DNA of 58,423 nt, filler included, from Bipalium vagum (lineage: Eukaryota): assembly GCA_037834085.1 (NCBI GenBank). It is 3 parts of 3 records of this genome, joined end to end, with 100 filler letters (N's around TTAATTAATTAA, not from the genome) between each part and the next. Parts side by side here need not be neighbours in the genome. Positions count along the whole stretch, not along the records: positions 1 to 20,077 come from JBBMKC010261010.1; positions 20,178 to 39,600 come from JBBMKC010003432.1; 1 more part is not named here. One strand, given 5' to 3'. This document shows, piece by piece, positions 15,101 through 26,382 of this stretch. The position numbers and the translations under genes were made by a program. Under the pieces are notes generated by a model. That model worked only from the letters and a program-made list of their open reading frames with translations. It ran no database searches and was not told the origin of the DNA. The stretch's first letter is position 1, and each line of letters begins with the position of its first letter.

Positions 15101-18100
15101 TCAATTCGCTTGATTTGTTTTATTTGATTTGATTTTATCTTGAAAATTGAGAGAAATTTTGGTTTCTTTGTTAAACAGAGAAGATATAGCAGTAGTAATA
15201 TTGACTAAAGAGATAACTGAAAATGTGAAAAGAATTTGTTAACATTTTCAACTCGAATTCTGATAACTTAATTGAGAACAACAGCCGTCTAAATAAAGGC
15301 TGTATTTAAGCTTGGTAGATATGTAACAGTGCATGAGCTGGAGAAAGTCAAAATTATTCCAAAAAGAATGTTTGTGATAATTTAAACATATCTGGTACTT
15401 GGCTTTCATGTGAATTTTTTAAAATCTTATATGCTAAAAACGAATGCTATATAAAAAAAATTAAGAAATCATTAATCCATAATAGAAAATTTATTGTACT
15501 AAATCAATATTTTACAATACAAACAGACTAGGAGAAGCTTGTAAACATGGCGTGAAAAATACTGATACAGTGGTATCCTTAGTCTATTCCCCTTTTAGGT
15601 TGTTGCAAGATTTTTTTACTTGGGAATTTTTTAGTTTAGATAATAGCGTATTAAAATGTCTGAAAAAACCGTTTTACATGAGCAAGATTAAAAATTTGGA
15701 CCATGGATTTTTATAGTCTTATTAAGAACGAAGCAGGCTTTTCAGGCAATCCAAGAGTTGAAAATATTATGTCTAAATTTTATCAGAACTTAATCTTCTT
15801 AGAATAAATTTTTTACTATTATTAATTAATTTATTTATATAATAGTTTAAACCACAAAATCCAGAAGATTATGAAAGAACTATTTTTATAATTTATATTC
15901 AATAAATTCTTTTTTTCTGGAAACTTTTGTCATCATAAAAAGAAAAAAATGTATTGATTTAATTTATTTTCTTTTTAACTATTCATAACTACTTGAAATT
16001 ATTGATTTTCATAAGGAATATTTGACTATTTTGGTAATCTATTGATTTTATAGGATACACAAAAGTTCCAGGAACACAAATATGTGTTAACAAAAACGAA
16101 TGTATCAATCCATCGGAAAATGATTGTCCTGAAAACTCTAAATGTTTGGATACTGACGGCAGCTTCGAATGTCATTGCGAAGAAGGATTTAAATCTTTAC
16201 CAAGTTCCAAATGTGTTGATATTGATGAATGCTCAGAGAAAATCGATTTGTGTTCCATGAACTCTATTTGTCAGAATACCTTGGGAGGTTATGATTGCCA
16301 ATGCAATCCAGGTTTCCAAAAATCAGATTCCAGCAACATTATTTGTGATGGTGAGTTTTTTCACCATGAGTTTTTTCTCTCATATTTTAAAGTGACTTTT
16401 CACATTATGTCACTTAAAAAATCTTGAGAAATTTTGATAAAATCATGAGGGTTTTGTTTTTTTTAATAGATATCGACGAATGTCAGAACCCCACATCGTG
16501 TTCCAAGAACCCCAATTCAATATGTGTCAATAATCCAGGCAGTTTCGAATGCGTTTGTCCGACCGGAACCTCACTTCAAGGAGGATCCTGTCTTGGTATG
16601 ATTGTTGAAAACATTTTGGAATGAAATATATTGAAAATATTATTCAGACACCAATGAGTGTTTGATTGCCAACATTTGTGGCTCCAATGGAATTTGTGTC
16701 AACAAGCCCGGGGGATATAATTGCACTTGTGGACAACACATGAAGCAATTGGCCAACGGAGACTGTGAATGTTAGTATCAATAATCGGATGGATTGATAG
16801 AATGTATTGTTACCGAACGAATTTTTTTAGTAATAAACGAGTGCCAAGAAAATGTCGACCGATGTGAGCGGTACAATGGTAAAAATTCCAAATGTTACGA
16901 TCTTCCAGTCGGCTACGGTTGCACATGTCCCGATGGATTTATCAACAGTCCACTGTCACCGGAATTTTGTGAGGACTTGGATGAATGTCTGTCAAACACG
17001 CACAATTGCTCCGGTAACATTGATTTTTATCGATTTTTCTTGTATTTGATCGAAATTAATGCAGCCTCCAATTCCGATTGTGTCAATTCGTTTGGCAACT
17101 TCAGTTGTGCTTGCAAGACAGGATATTCGAAAGACAGTTCCGGAGAATGTGTTGACATTAATGAATGCGATGTGAGCCGAAAGAAAAATGTCGATATCTG
17201 CAATTCCGGTAAATGTGTCAATACAAAAGGTGGTTATATGTGCTTATGTCCACCCGGATACAGTTCTGAAAACAATACTTGCTTCGGTATGTTTGTGGTT
17301 TTTCTCATATACTGATACTATATTGACACAAAGTAACACAATTATGTGTAAATTTTATTGATTTCTTCAATAATATTTATTTAAATTACTTATGGATTAA
17401 TTGATTTTTAGTTTTGATCAGATCAGATGATTTTTTAAGTTGAAAATGAAATATTTAACAGTTGAATTGTTCGTTGAAGAACAATACCAAATATCGATTT
17501 AAATTATTTTCGTAAAGTTTTTATTAAAATCCAATCTTCTGATATAAATTGATGACGGTTTTTAAATTATTCATTTTGGGAAAAATTAAAGTGGGAAGAA
17601 TTTTAACAGACCTCAATTGAGAAACAATGAAAATCAATGAGGCTTAGTAGAAAGCCTAGAAATATGTTGTATATCAAAATACAAACATTATACATGGAAA
17701 ATTCAGTTTAATAATGCACGTGAAGAGATTAGAGATAACTATTAAAATTGGCAATCATGAGCATCAATCAATAAGGAATTTTGGTTCCTGTTGAATTGAT
17801 CGTGGAGGAAAAACATAAAATCGATTAAAATAATATTTGATTAAATTCCATTTGTCTAAAAGTAAATAATATCAAAGATTTTTAATCATTAAACATTTTA
17901 AAAAGAACATATTCTAATTATAAAATTTTTACAAAGATCGACTGAGAACCAATCAAAATCAGTGAGTTTTTTAAAAGGTATATAAAAATAATGCACAGAA
18001 AAGACAAATATTTACAAATTTGTAAGTCGATATAAGGAAAGACTAGGAGTTAATAAAGATGACTGTTGAAGCTAGCAATCATTTACGTTGCTCAAAAAGA

Positions 18101-19273
18101 AAAAAAATCCGCTGTGTCGGAATATTGATTGCAATAATATTTTTCTATTTAAAGTCTCTCGGTGGCTCTACCAGTAAAACTGTTTTGGTGTATAATTTTT
18201 TTATGTTAATAATAATATTTACAACGCACTTTCTTCATTACTTTTTTAAAAGAAAAATTTTAAAATTTTTCCATATTTTTGTCTTAGATAATAAATAAAT
18301 AATATAGATATTGATGAATGCTCAATGGAATCCATTAGTGCTTTGGCTGCAAAGTGTGACCTTGTCAATGGCAAATGTATCAACACTGAAGGCAGCTACT
18401 CGTGTATTTGTAATAAAGGATATTATATGAATAAAGAAACTTCTAAGTGTCAAGATATAAATGAATGCTCTATCGGAAATATTTGTGTAAATGGAATATG
18501 TCTTAATTTGCCAGGCAGTTATCAATGTGTTTGTAACAATACATTTTCTCTTGTCAATGGAAAATGCATAGGTATTATTTCACTGATACTCTTTCCTATT
18601 TTATTTTTGATTTTATTAGTATTGGCTTCATTTTATTATTGATTTTATTATAAATAAGTATATTATTCTTATTGATTGTATTATCAATAAATTTTTTATT
18701 TTTATTGATTTTTGTTATTATTAATTATATAATAAATTCAATTTTTATATAATTTCATACTTTACACAGAAAAAATATAAATTTCCTTTTTAATAATTTA
18801 AAAAATCAAGAAATAATGCAATTATCTAATCATTAACCAGACAAAAATGAATGTGTCGAACAGCCGGAAATATGTGGTCCACAAGCAGCTGGGGTCTGTA
18901 TCAATAAACCTGGTTCCTATGAATGTAAATGTAACGTTGGCCATGAGAATTCTGGTGGAAAATCAACTCAGCCATGTCAGCAAATAAATGAATGTTCCAA
19001 ATTGAATATTGTTTGTCTCAATGGTCAATGTGTGGATAGATCTGACGGATACGAATGTGTTTGCAAAGATGGTTATAAGGAAGATGAAATTGGAATTTGT
19101 CGAAGTATATATCTCAATTATTTCGAGATTTGAAGAATTTGTTTCCATAGACATCAACGAATGTCAAATTGAAAATTCGTGTCACTATCTTGCCAACTGT
19201 AACGATACCGATGGATCATACAGCTGTCTTTGTAAACCTGGATACAAAGGTGACGGAAAATTTTCGTGCAAAA
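541..19273 (+). CDS. Partial multi-exon gene for a large fibrillin-like, calcium-binding EGF-repeat extracellular protein (38 EGF-like domains; 5' and 3' ends not seen)
   Basis: Manually spliced GT-AG exons: 541-672, 731-853, 1380-1499, 2768-2896, 2944-3045, 3093-3212, 5702-5836, 7400-7624, 10220-10372, 10430-10558, 10617-10745, 10799-10924, 11085-11210, 11284-11483, 11536-11722, 11786-11911, 11982-12125, 12182-12289, 12557-12706, 12776-12898, 12948-13073, 13165-13320, 14636-14761, 14821-14934, 16054-16350, 16470-16595, 16648-16770, 16831-17013, 17065-17286, 18308-18571, 18841-19104, 19151-19273. These sum to 4911 nt in one open frame, and all introns are phase 1 except one phase 0. Repeated D-I-[DN]-E-C...C-x-N-x-x-G-S-[FY]-x-C-x-C cbEGF consensus. 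Confidence 0.92.
7927..7991. repeat. (ATT)n microsatellite
   Basis: Pure ATT run within an intron. Confidence 0.95.
8706..8749. repeat. (ATT)n microsatellite
   Basis: Pure ATT run. Confidence 0.95.
9113..9185. repeat. (ATT)n microsatellite
   Basis: Pure ATT run abutting the truncated end of a mariner remnant. Confidence 0.95.
9186..10143 (-). mobile_element. Degenerate mariner (Mos1-like) transposon in an EGF-gene intron, 3'-truncated
   Basis: Minus-strand frameshifted translation gives ...SDEKWLWY... and [25 protein letters not shown]...YQQQL, matching Mos1-type DD34D transposase motifs. ATG near 9976; TIR-like sequence near 10110-10143. Confidence 0.88.
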
Positions 19274-19933
19274 GTAATTTACATAGTTTAATTTGATTAA
19301 AATTTTTATTTTATATTGATTTAATACATTTTTTGTACACTATTATCTTGAGTTTTTTGACTTCTTATTCAAGTCAATGTTTAATTTAATTTAAGACCAT
19401 TTTAAATTATCGATTGTAATATTGAATATTACAATCGATATGCTTATTTTGATGCTTGACAAAAAAATTTATTACCACGAGAATAAAAATGTTGATCCAG
19501 CAAGAAAACTATGTTCCATGCGTGAAAAAAATTCACCAACTAAACATCATTATATTTATTATTCTTGTGTTGTCATTTTTAATATTAAGATAAGATCAAA
19601 GCATCGCCTTGAAATCTGTCTTTTTTGTTGATGAAAGAATTCTAATTGGCAATGAGAATTGGAACTCCACGAGTAACTACGGAAGGAGCGATGAACTATT
19701 ACTATTATTAATACTTCAAAGCATATCGGAAGCTAGAACTAGGGATTAAATAGATTATATTAATTCGGTTATTCTCATTTTAATTGTCACTCTCTTTATT
19801 TTAATGGAAAAAATTAAACTTCTTAAATTATTCTTGTCTTTTTTGAATTTTGGAAAAATTATATCGTTGCTTTAACATCTAATACAATTTTATGTTTAAT
19901 TTTAAATAATTTTACTATTATATTATTAACTAT

Positions 19934-20077
19934 TGTAAGGCTGTGGGACCAAATGTATGAGTTGACACCAAATGTAAGTGTTTGGTAAAATTTGTAAGAT
20001 GTTTACTTTGGTTCGACGCTTACTGCGAGATCTAATCTCGAAATTATAAAAATGCTAACTCTATTGATATAGGTTAG
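19934..20077 (+). mobile_element. Probable 5' end of an LTR (TGTAAGGCTGTGG...), cut by the contig end
   Basis: Starts with TG at an abrupt composition change. A related start TGTAAGCTGTGG occurs on the minus strand at 24654 and TGTAAG at 49993. Confidence 0.45.
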
Positions 20078-20177
20078 NNNNNNNNNNNNNNNNNNNNNNN
20101 NNNNNNNNNNNNNNNNNNNNNTTAATTAATTAANNNNNNNNNNNNNNNNNNNNNNNNNNNNNNNNNNNNNNNNNNNN
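20078..20177. other. Artificial contig-joining spacer (44N + TTAATTAATTAA + 44N)
   Basis: Exactly 100 nt; the 12-mer places stops in all six frames; identical spacer at 39601-39700. Confidence 0.95.
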
Positions 20178-20414
20178 TATTGATTATTATAATTTTTGCA
20201 TTTTCAGTGTGATACAATTGATTTTTATTTAAAGACAGTTGATTGACATTTTAGAGATTGTTTTGAATATTTTGTATTGTTGTTGAAACAATAAAGTGTT
20301 GTATTTAGTTGTTTGATTCATTCAATTGAGTACACGCATAGGGACAAGTGAAGGGGTCAGCAACGTTTCGAGCTAAGGTTAAGACTGAGTTCATGGTGAA
20401 TTAATATCGTAACA
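20178..20414 (+). mobile_element. 3' (R/U5-like) part of a family A LTR
   Basis: AATAAAGTGTTGT...AAGTGAAGGGGTCAG...CGAGCTAAGGTTA...TAACA is shared with 29560-29799 and 37900-38005; ends in CA. Confidence 0.75.
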
Positions 20415-21279
20415 TTTTAGTTAATGTTCAAGTGAGGGACTTATTATTTTTACAGGTAATCTTATGATTAATATTTATAATATTTTATTAATAGTACTAA
20501 AGATTTTAATTATTTGATTATAAATATAAAATTGTAATGTTTTCATTATTTTTTTAATTAATTTCTTAAAATTTATGCCTTTGTTAATTTGATTAGGAGA
20601 TTAAAGATTTGGTTAACATTTTATTGTTTACTTATACGATTATTATTTTTCTAAGCCTTTTTTAACTAATGTTATTTAGGTACAGTCAATGGGATTCTTA
20701 TTTATGGCCGCCGTTTACAAAGATAAGAAAGGGAAATTGTTATACACCTTGTTACCTTCTCGGAGCGAGAAGTGTTGGAATCCACAGTAAAACTGATAAA
20801 AAACCAGACAGATACAACTCAAAATCCCAAGAAAAATCTTCCAGAGATCGCTGACGACATCAAGGAGCCTTAGAAGCAGATAGAGAGTGATGACAGCTCT
20901 CCGAAATTAGTAATCGATATCATGAACATTTAAAGCACTTTAATTTGATATTTATATATGATTTACATTTTAAATTTGATTTAATTTTATGAAATGTCTT
21001 CATAGGACCTACTTTCTTATTTTAATTATTCTAAAAAATTAATGTGATTTATAATTTAGAAAAAATACTATTTAAATTCATCATTTTATAAATTTTGAAA
21101 TATAAAAGTTCAATAAATTATATAAAACGTGAATTTGAATATTAATTAAAATATTAATCCAGTTGATTAATCATTATTATGGAAATAAAATAACTTATTA
21201 TAAATAAATGATGTGTAAGTATGGTTACTAAATATATCAAGTTCAATAATTAAGAACTTTCTTAAAATAGAAACCGCTT

Positions 21280-21606
21280 TAAATGCCACAGTACAGAGTT
21301 CAACCGGAACTAGCCCAGCAGAATTGGTATTCGGCAGAAAAATCAGTAGAGACCGATGGTCAAGCAATTCACAAGCTATCAGTTCAAGAGCAGAAATATC
21401 CATCAACCCTCACTAGAAGGAAGTTCAAAGTGGGAGATAAAGTCCTGGTAAAAGTGGAAGTTCGAAACAAAGGTCAAAAGAGATTTATGGGACCCTATAG
21501 AAAAATACACAGAAAATACACGATTGACGATATATACTGGAAGATAAAGAAGGACAAAAACTGGAACGGAATGTCGAAAAGCTAAAAAAATTCTTATCAG
21601 CGGGGT
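21280..21606 (+). pseudogene. Ty3/gypsy integrase C-terminal remnant followed by a polypurine-tract-like sequence
   Basis: RRKFKVGDKVLVK...KRFMGPYR (GPY/F module), then CAGCGGGGTA immediately before an LTR-like block. Confidence 0.8.
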
Positions 21607-22416
21607 ATAAGGAAAATCAGTGTCATCATGTATTTTTAATTAATATATATTTATTATATATTAATTACGAATAAAATTTTAAAAGGATTTGTTTGAATTA
21701 ACAAATTAAGGTAGAAATTCAGTTTTCAAATTTGTGTCTAATAAATGCTTAAAGAAGATTTTGAGTGTTCTTATAATTAATTATTATAATGAGGTAATTA
21801 TAATTATAACCACACACAAATTTATATTTAGTAAGTTAAAATAGAGCCAATGAGAAGCTCTATAATGTGGAAAACAAGAGTATATAAACTCCTAGTTTTC
21901 ACATTCAAAACGCCCTTAATAAATCTTAGAATATGCTTATACCTAATCGAATTAAAGATACTTTTAAGACACCGGTAATAATAATAAAGGAAATTCTATT
22001 AATTCCAAGTGTTTTACCGATCGAGGTAAACTTAAATAATTAATTAACATTAATTTAGTGATAGAAGGAAATTCTTCTCATAACTAACTTTCTAATATTT
22101 TCTTTTTTATTGTTCTCTCTCTAACTCTATTCTGCTTCCCACTAGGCGACAGAATACGCATTTTTGATATCAGGACTTATTCGACCATTGTAAAGTAAAG
22201 AAGGTATTTTATTAATTAAACAATTGTTTGTAATTTTGAATATTGTTTGACCGTGAATTGTGTGTAACCTTGCATTTGTGTTAGCAAGTACACCTTATTT
22301 TGTTAATCACTTTGTTTATTCGTGAATTTTCTATTATTTACACTTTCTCGAGGAAGTTGGTGAGCCCATTTATAATCCCCCTTGTAGCAGTTTAGCTTGC
22401 GTACTAGACTGTTACA
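21607..22416 (+). mobile_element. 3' LTR of the gypsy remnant
   Basis: Follows the PPT; CCAAT (~21847) and TATATAAA (~21881) boxes; ends ...GACTGTTACA. Confidence 0.6.
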
Positions 22417-22739
22417 TTCATATTAAAAATCTTTTCCTTTTTCAGATAAGATATTTAAATTTCAATTATGAAACAACGACATACTGTATTGCTACCATAT
22501 AGAAGCACTACAATGAAAAATTTCATCGTTATATTCTTAAATTTTCTAATACTGCGATCATAATTATATTATTTTTAAGTAAATTAACTCACTTAGACAT
22601 TTTTAAAACAATGAAATTAGTTGTGTTGGCATCCATCATAGATATTTAATTCAAATGTTGACCTTATTTATTAAAGCATTGAGAAGTTAAAACGGTTTAC
22701 CTGAGCATTAATATTTATCTTTTACTATATTTTTTTATT

Positions 22740-23075
22740 TTTAGAAGTCAAATTTCGTGGAAGAAAGAAGCTGCATTAAACTTTAAATGAAAAAGAAAAT
22801 TAAATGATTGGAAGCCTATAATATGATGCACAAAGCAATCAATGCTTGGCCTGAAAACAAATCTTCAAGTGGTATAAGGATCTTAAAGAAGAAACTCAGT
22901 GGGCTACGAAGACTGTTCAGGACGTCCATCAAAATCTAGCACTGATGCAATTAACCCTCCTGTTCACAGTTCCATGCTTGTCAAAAGCAATCTTATTTAC
23001 CTGATCTGGCACCTAGCGATTTTTTTATTCCCGAAATCAAAAATGTCATTGAAAGGAAAGAAATTCACCTGTAAT
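22740..23075 (+). mobile_element. Internally deleted mariner remnant
   Basis: ...EDCSGRPSKS (HTH-linker motif) joined to YLPDLAPSDFFLFPKSKMSLKGKKF (YSPDLAPxD motif) across frames. Confidence 0.75.
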
Positions 23076-24199
23076 TCATGTAATATTTTCAATAAAACAT
23101 TGAACTAACATTTTATTTTTTCTGAGAACTTTTTTTGTCAACTGATATTTTTTCGAGAAAAATTTGTAATTAAGTAAAATCAAATAAGTTAAGAAAAATG
23201 ATAATCAAGGTATAATAATATTTGGTTATCAGTGTAAATAACAGTTTTCGAAATAATATGAAAATAAATTATAAAAATAATTAATAATTAAATTTATAAT
23301 TCTTAATATTGCAAGTAATTAAAATAAAGTATTAATATATTAATTATAATAAATTAATCATTATTTATATATAGTAAGTTTTAAAAGAAAATTATAATAA
23401 ATGAAACGTTACTAAAATAAGTGTTTCATAAATTTGAACAAAATAAATTACTAAATTTAAAAACATTAAAAATGATTATGGGTTGTTACTAAAATTAGTA
23501 AATCTTGTTTATAAATGGATAGCATCGTAAAAAAAATTCTGATACTATTTAACCAACCAAATCACTTAAATCATGAAATCTGGTATTATAAATATCAATA
23601 CAATTTCAGTACAGATTGCCATAAGAATCTTTAAAAAGTATACGCTTCGGCTATTCTAGAAAAAGGGCTTGTTAGAAGTGTCGGTAATAATAACGGTAAA
23701 CAATTATATTATTCCTATCATAAAACCGATTTCTTTTTTGATCTACTTAAGTAATACTGTGGAGACTCAAGAGACATTTTGATAATTTGATCATAACAAT
23801 TTTTATTGATTTTGATTGATTATAATTTTATTTTAATAAAAATAATAAAAGTATTTTTATTTAATTTGTTACGTAAAATTGAAAATTCCTAAAAGAATAA
23901 AATCAAATACCTCACAATTATTAGTATTATTGTGATTATTTTTGTTATTATTATTATTAATATTGGTAATAAATTATATTAGTAAAATAAAGAAAATATA
24001 CTAAAAATATAATTATATAAAAAATTAAATTGGAAAAAACTAGGTTTCTAAAAATAGAAATTTAACAAATAATGCAATACAAATATAAGAAAACAATTTA
24101 TAATAAAAAATTATAAAAAAGAAAAAATTAAAATATAAAAATAAAACTGACATTAAAAATTATCATATATAAGGTTAACTAAAAAATAAAACAGACAGA

Positions 24200-24654
24200 C
24201 AAAAAAATATTATTTACAAAAGGTAAAGTAAAAAGTCACGTACTTCTCATACTCCACGTAAATCCGGATATATAAATATTGTCAGTCAGATCCCAGACAG
24301 AACACAAAAACAAACGAAAACAAAATCAATCGAACTTCGACGACGATTTTAGTGACAACCAGTATACGTAATTGTTCCTTCGGCTTCATTCTAGATACTT
24401 TTTGACGTCACCACGTATGATATTGAAACCGTAATTTTTATATATTATCATTAATAATTCATTAATTGTGTCTATCTGGTAAACTAATCTAGTTTGCACA
24501 GATTCACTAAGACCATATTTAAATCTTCCGGTAATCAATATTAAGTAGGATTACCCTTGCTTTGTTTTCATATTCTCCCTATTTCTCTTTTTGTTCGTAA
24601 TTTACACAGCAGTTAGGGCTGGTAAATTATCTCAGGGCCTTTCCACAGCTTACA
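24200..24654 (-). mobile_element. Possible LTR fragment (5' end at 24654)
   Basis: Minus strand begins TGTAAGCTGTGGAAAGG, resembling 19934; GC-richer than flanks; left boundary uncertain. Confidence 0.35.
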
Positions 24655-26382
24655 GGATAACTGTGAAAGGATTTAAGAATTCTCATTTTACTTATTTTTT
24701 GTATTGAGGTATTCGGTTATCAGGAAATATTATTAAGTAATTGTAATTTAAAGATAGACTGTTTTTACTATGCTAACTACTAAAAATTATTTTTAGTTTC
24801 AATCTTCTTTCGTAAGTCTTTTATTATTTAAATTTTCTCAGAGGTTATTGGTTAGTCCAGAAGTCGTAACTACCTTGTAGGTCTAGAATAAAAATGAAAA
24901 CAAAAAACCTTTTTACCTCAAATTATTCTCTACGCGTGTATTTTTTGAAAAACTTAACAAAAAAAATCCATGAAGGATTCACTCGAGTTGTGTCTATAGA
25001 CATCTAAATTTGCAATCTGGTAAGTGAATTATTGCAAATAAGAGGAAAAATACATATCGATTTACTCTTTACCGTCACCTGACATTCCATAGTCATTCAA
25101 TACTGATATTAACAAAAATTGAACATAATTTATGAATTATGTCAATAATATTTCCATTTCTGTATCTTCAATGTTATAATATGTTCATTCTGGTGAATTA
25201 TCAATTCAGTTATTGGTATTATAATGAATATTGTTAGAATTGTTTTTAAAATACTAACTTAAAAAGTTTCCAAAAATTATTATACTTGTACATAAATAAA
25301 AAGCATTAAGAATTAGTATGAATAATTACAAGTGAAAAAATAATTCAAATAACAGAGCACAGAATCCAGTGAAAATAATATTCAATATATGAATTAATAA
25401 TATACAAAGTATAAAACATTAAATTAATAAACAAATAGTGAAAAAAAGATTCTAATTTGAATAAATTTTTAAAAATCAATGTAAAATGTTATTTAAAAAT
25501 TTTAACGATTCAATTTATCAAATTCATAATATTGTGCATTGTCTTCACAAACAACTTAATAAATGATTAAGAGAACCTTCGTATATATTATGATATTTTT
25601 TAAATTATTGGAAATTGATTCTAAAAATATTCATTGATCTCAAAAAAATTGGTTAAGATTTTTTTGTCAGTTAAGATGGAAAATAAAGCTTTAAGATAGA
25701 TTGTGTCAAATCTAAAGATTAAAGTTTAAGAAAATCAATGTAAGCATTCATAAATAGTTTCAATACTCTTTTAACAATTATTATCCAAATGAATGTGTAT
25801 TAAATGCTAAATGTAACATAAATACCTGTCAATAATAATGAATTTGTAACCATGGCAAGTTAAAGATAAATCCTGACTAAGCTAATTTGTTCGAAGAATT
25901 GGTAACCATATAAGCTGATGTCTAAAAAATAATGACAGTAAACAGTAACAAATAAATACAGTAAACTTGCTTAATAATCGATTTTTAAATGAATTAATAT
26001 TTAAACAAGTCATTAACCTTCACTAAATTTTTGTGTATTTAAACAAAATTACCAATTTATAATTTTCTACATTTTGTCTTTTTAGATTCTATTCTAAATT
26101 TTAGAATAATTAAAAAATAAATTTGAATTTCTAATCATCTATTTAACTAAAACTGAAATTTCATTAATTAAATTTTAAATAAATATTTATATTTTCACAC
26201 AAACAATTATAGAAATGTTTTACTCAATCTGATAATGATCCTGACTATGAGATGATGATATCATGCGTATCGATTTTACAAAATATTTCAATAAAAATTG
26301 TATTACTTTTGATTTATCAATTAAATTTCCAATTTTTTGTATCACTTTGTAAGATTAAGATTTTAATTTTGATAGATTATTT

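Noticed and set aside
20122-20133. Palindromic TTAATTAATTAA as a biological motif (also 39645-39656)
   Set aside because: It sits centred in exactly 44+44 Ns twice, so it is an assembly linker.
20178-22416. One complete LTR-integrase-LTR element
   Set aside because: The two LTR-like blocks have unrelated 3' sequences, and no PBS, gag or RT lies between them.
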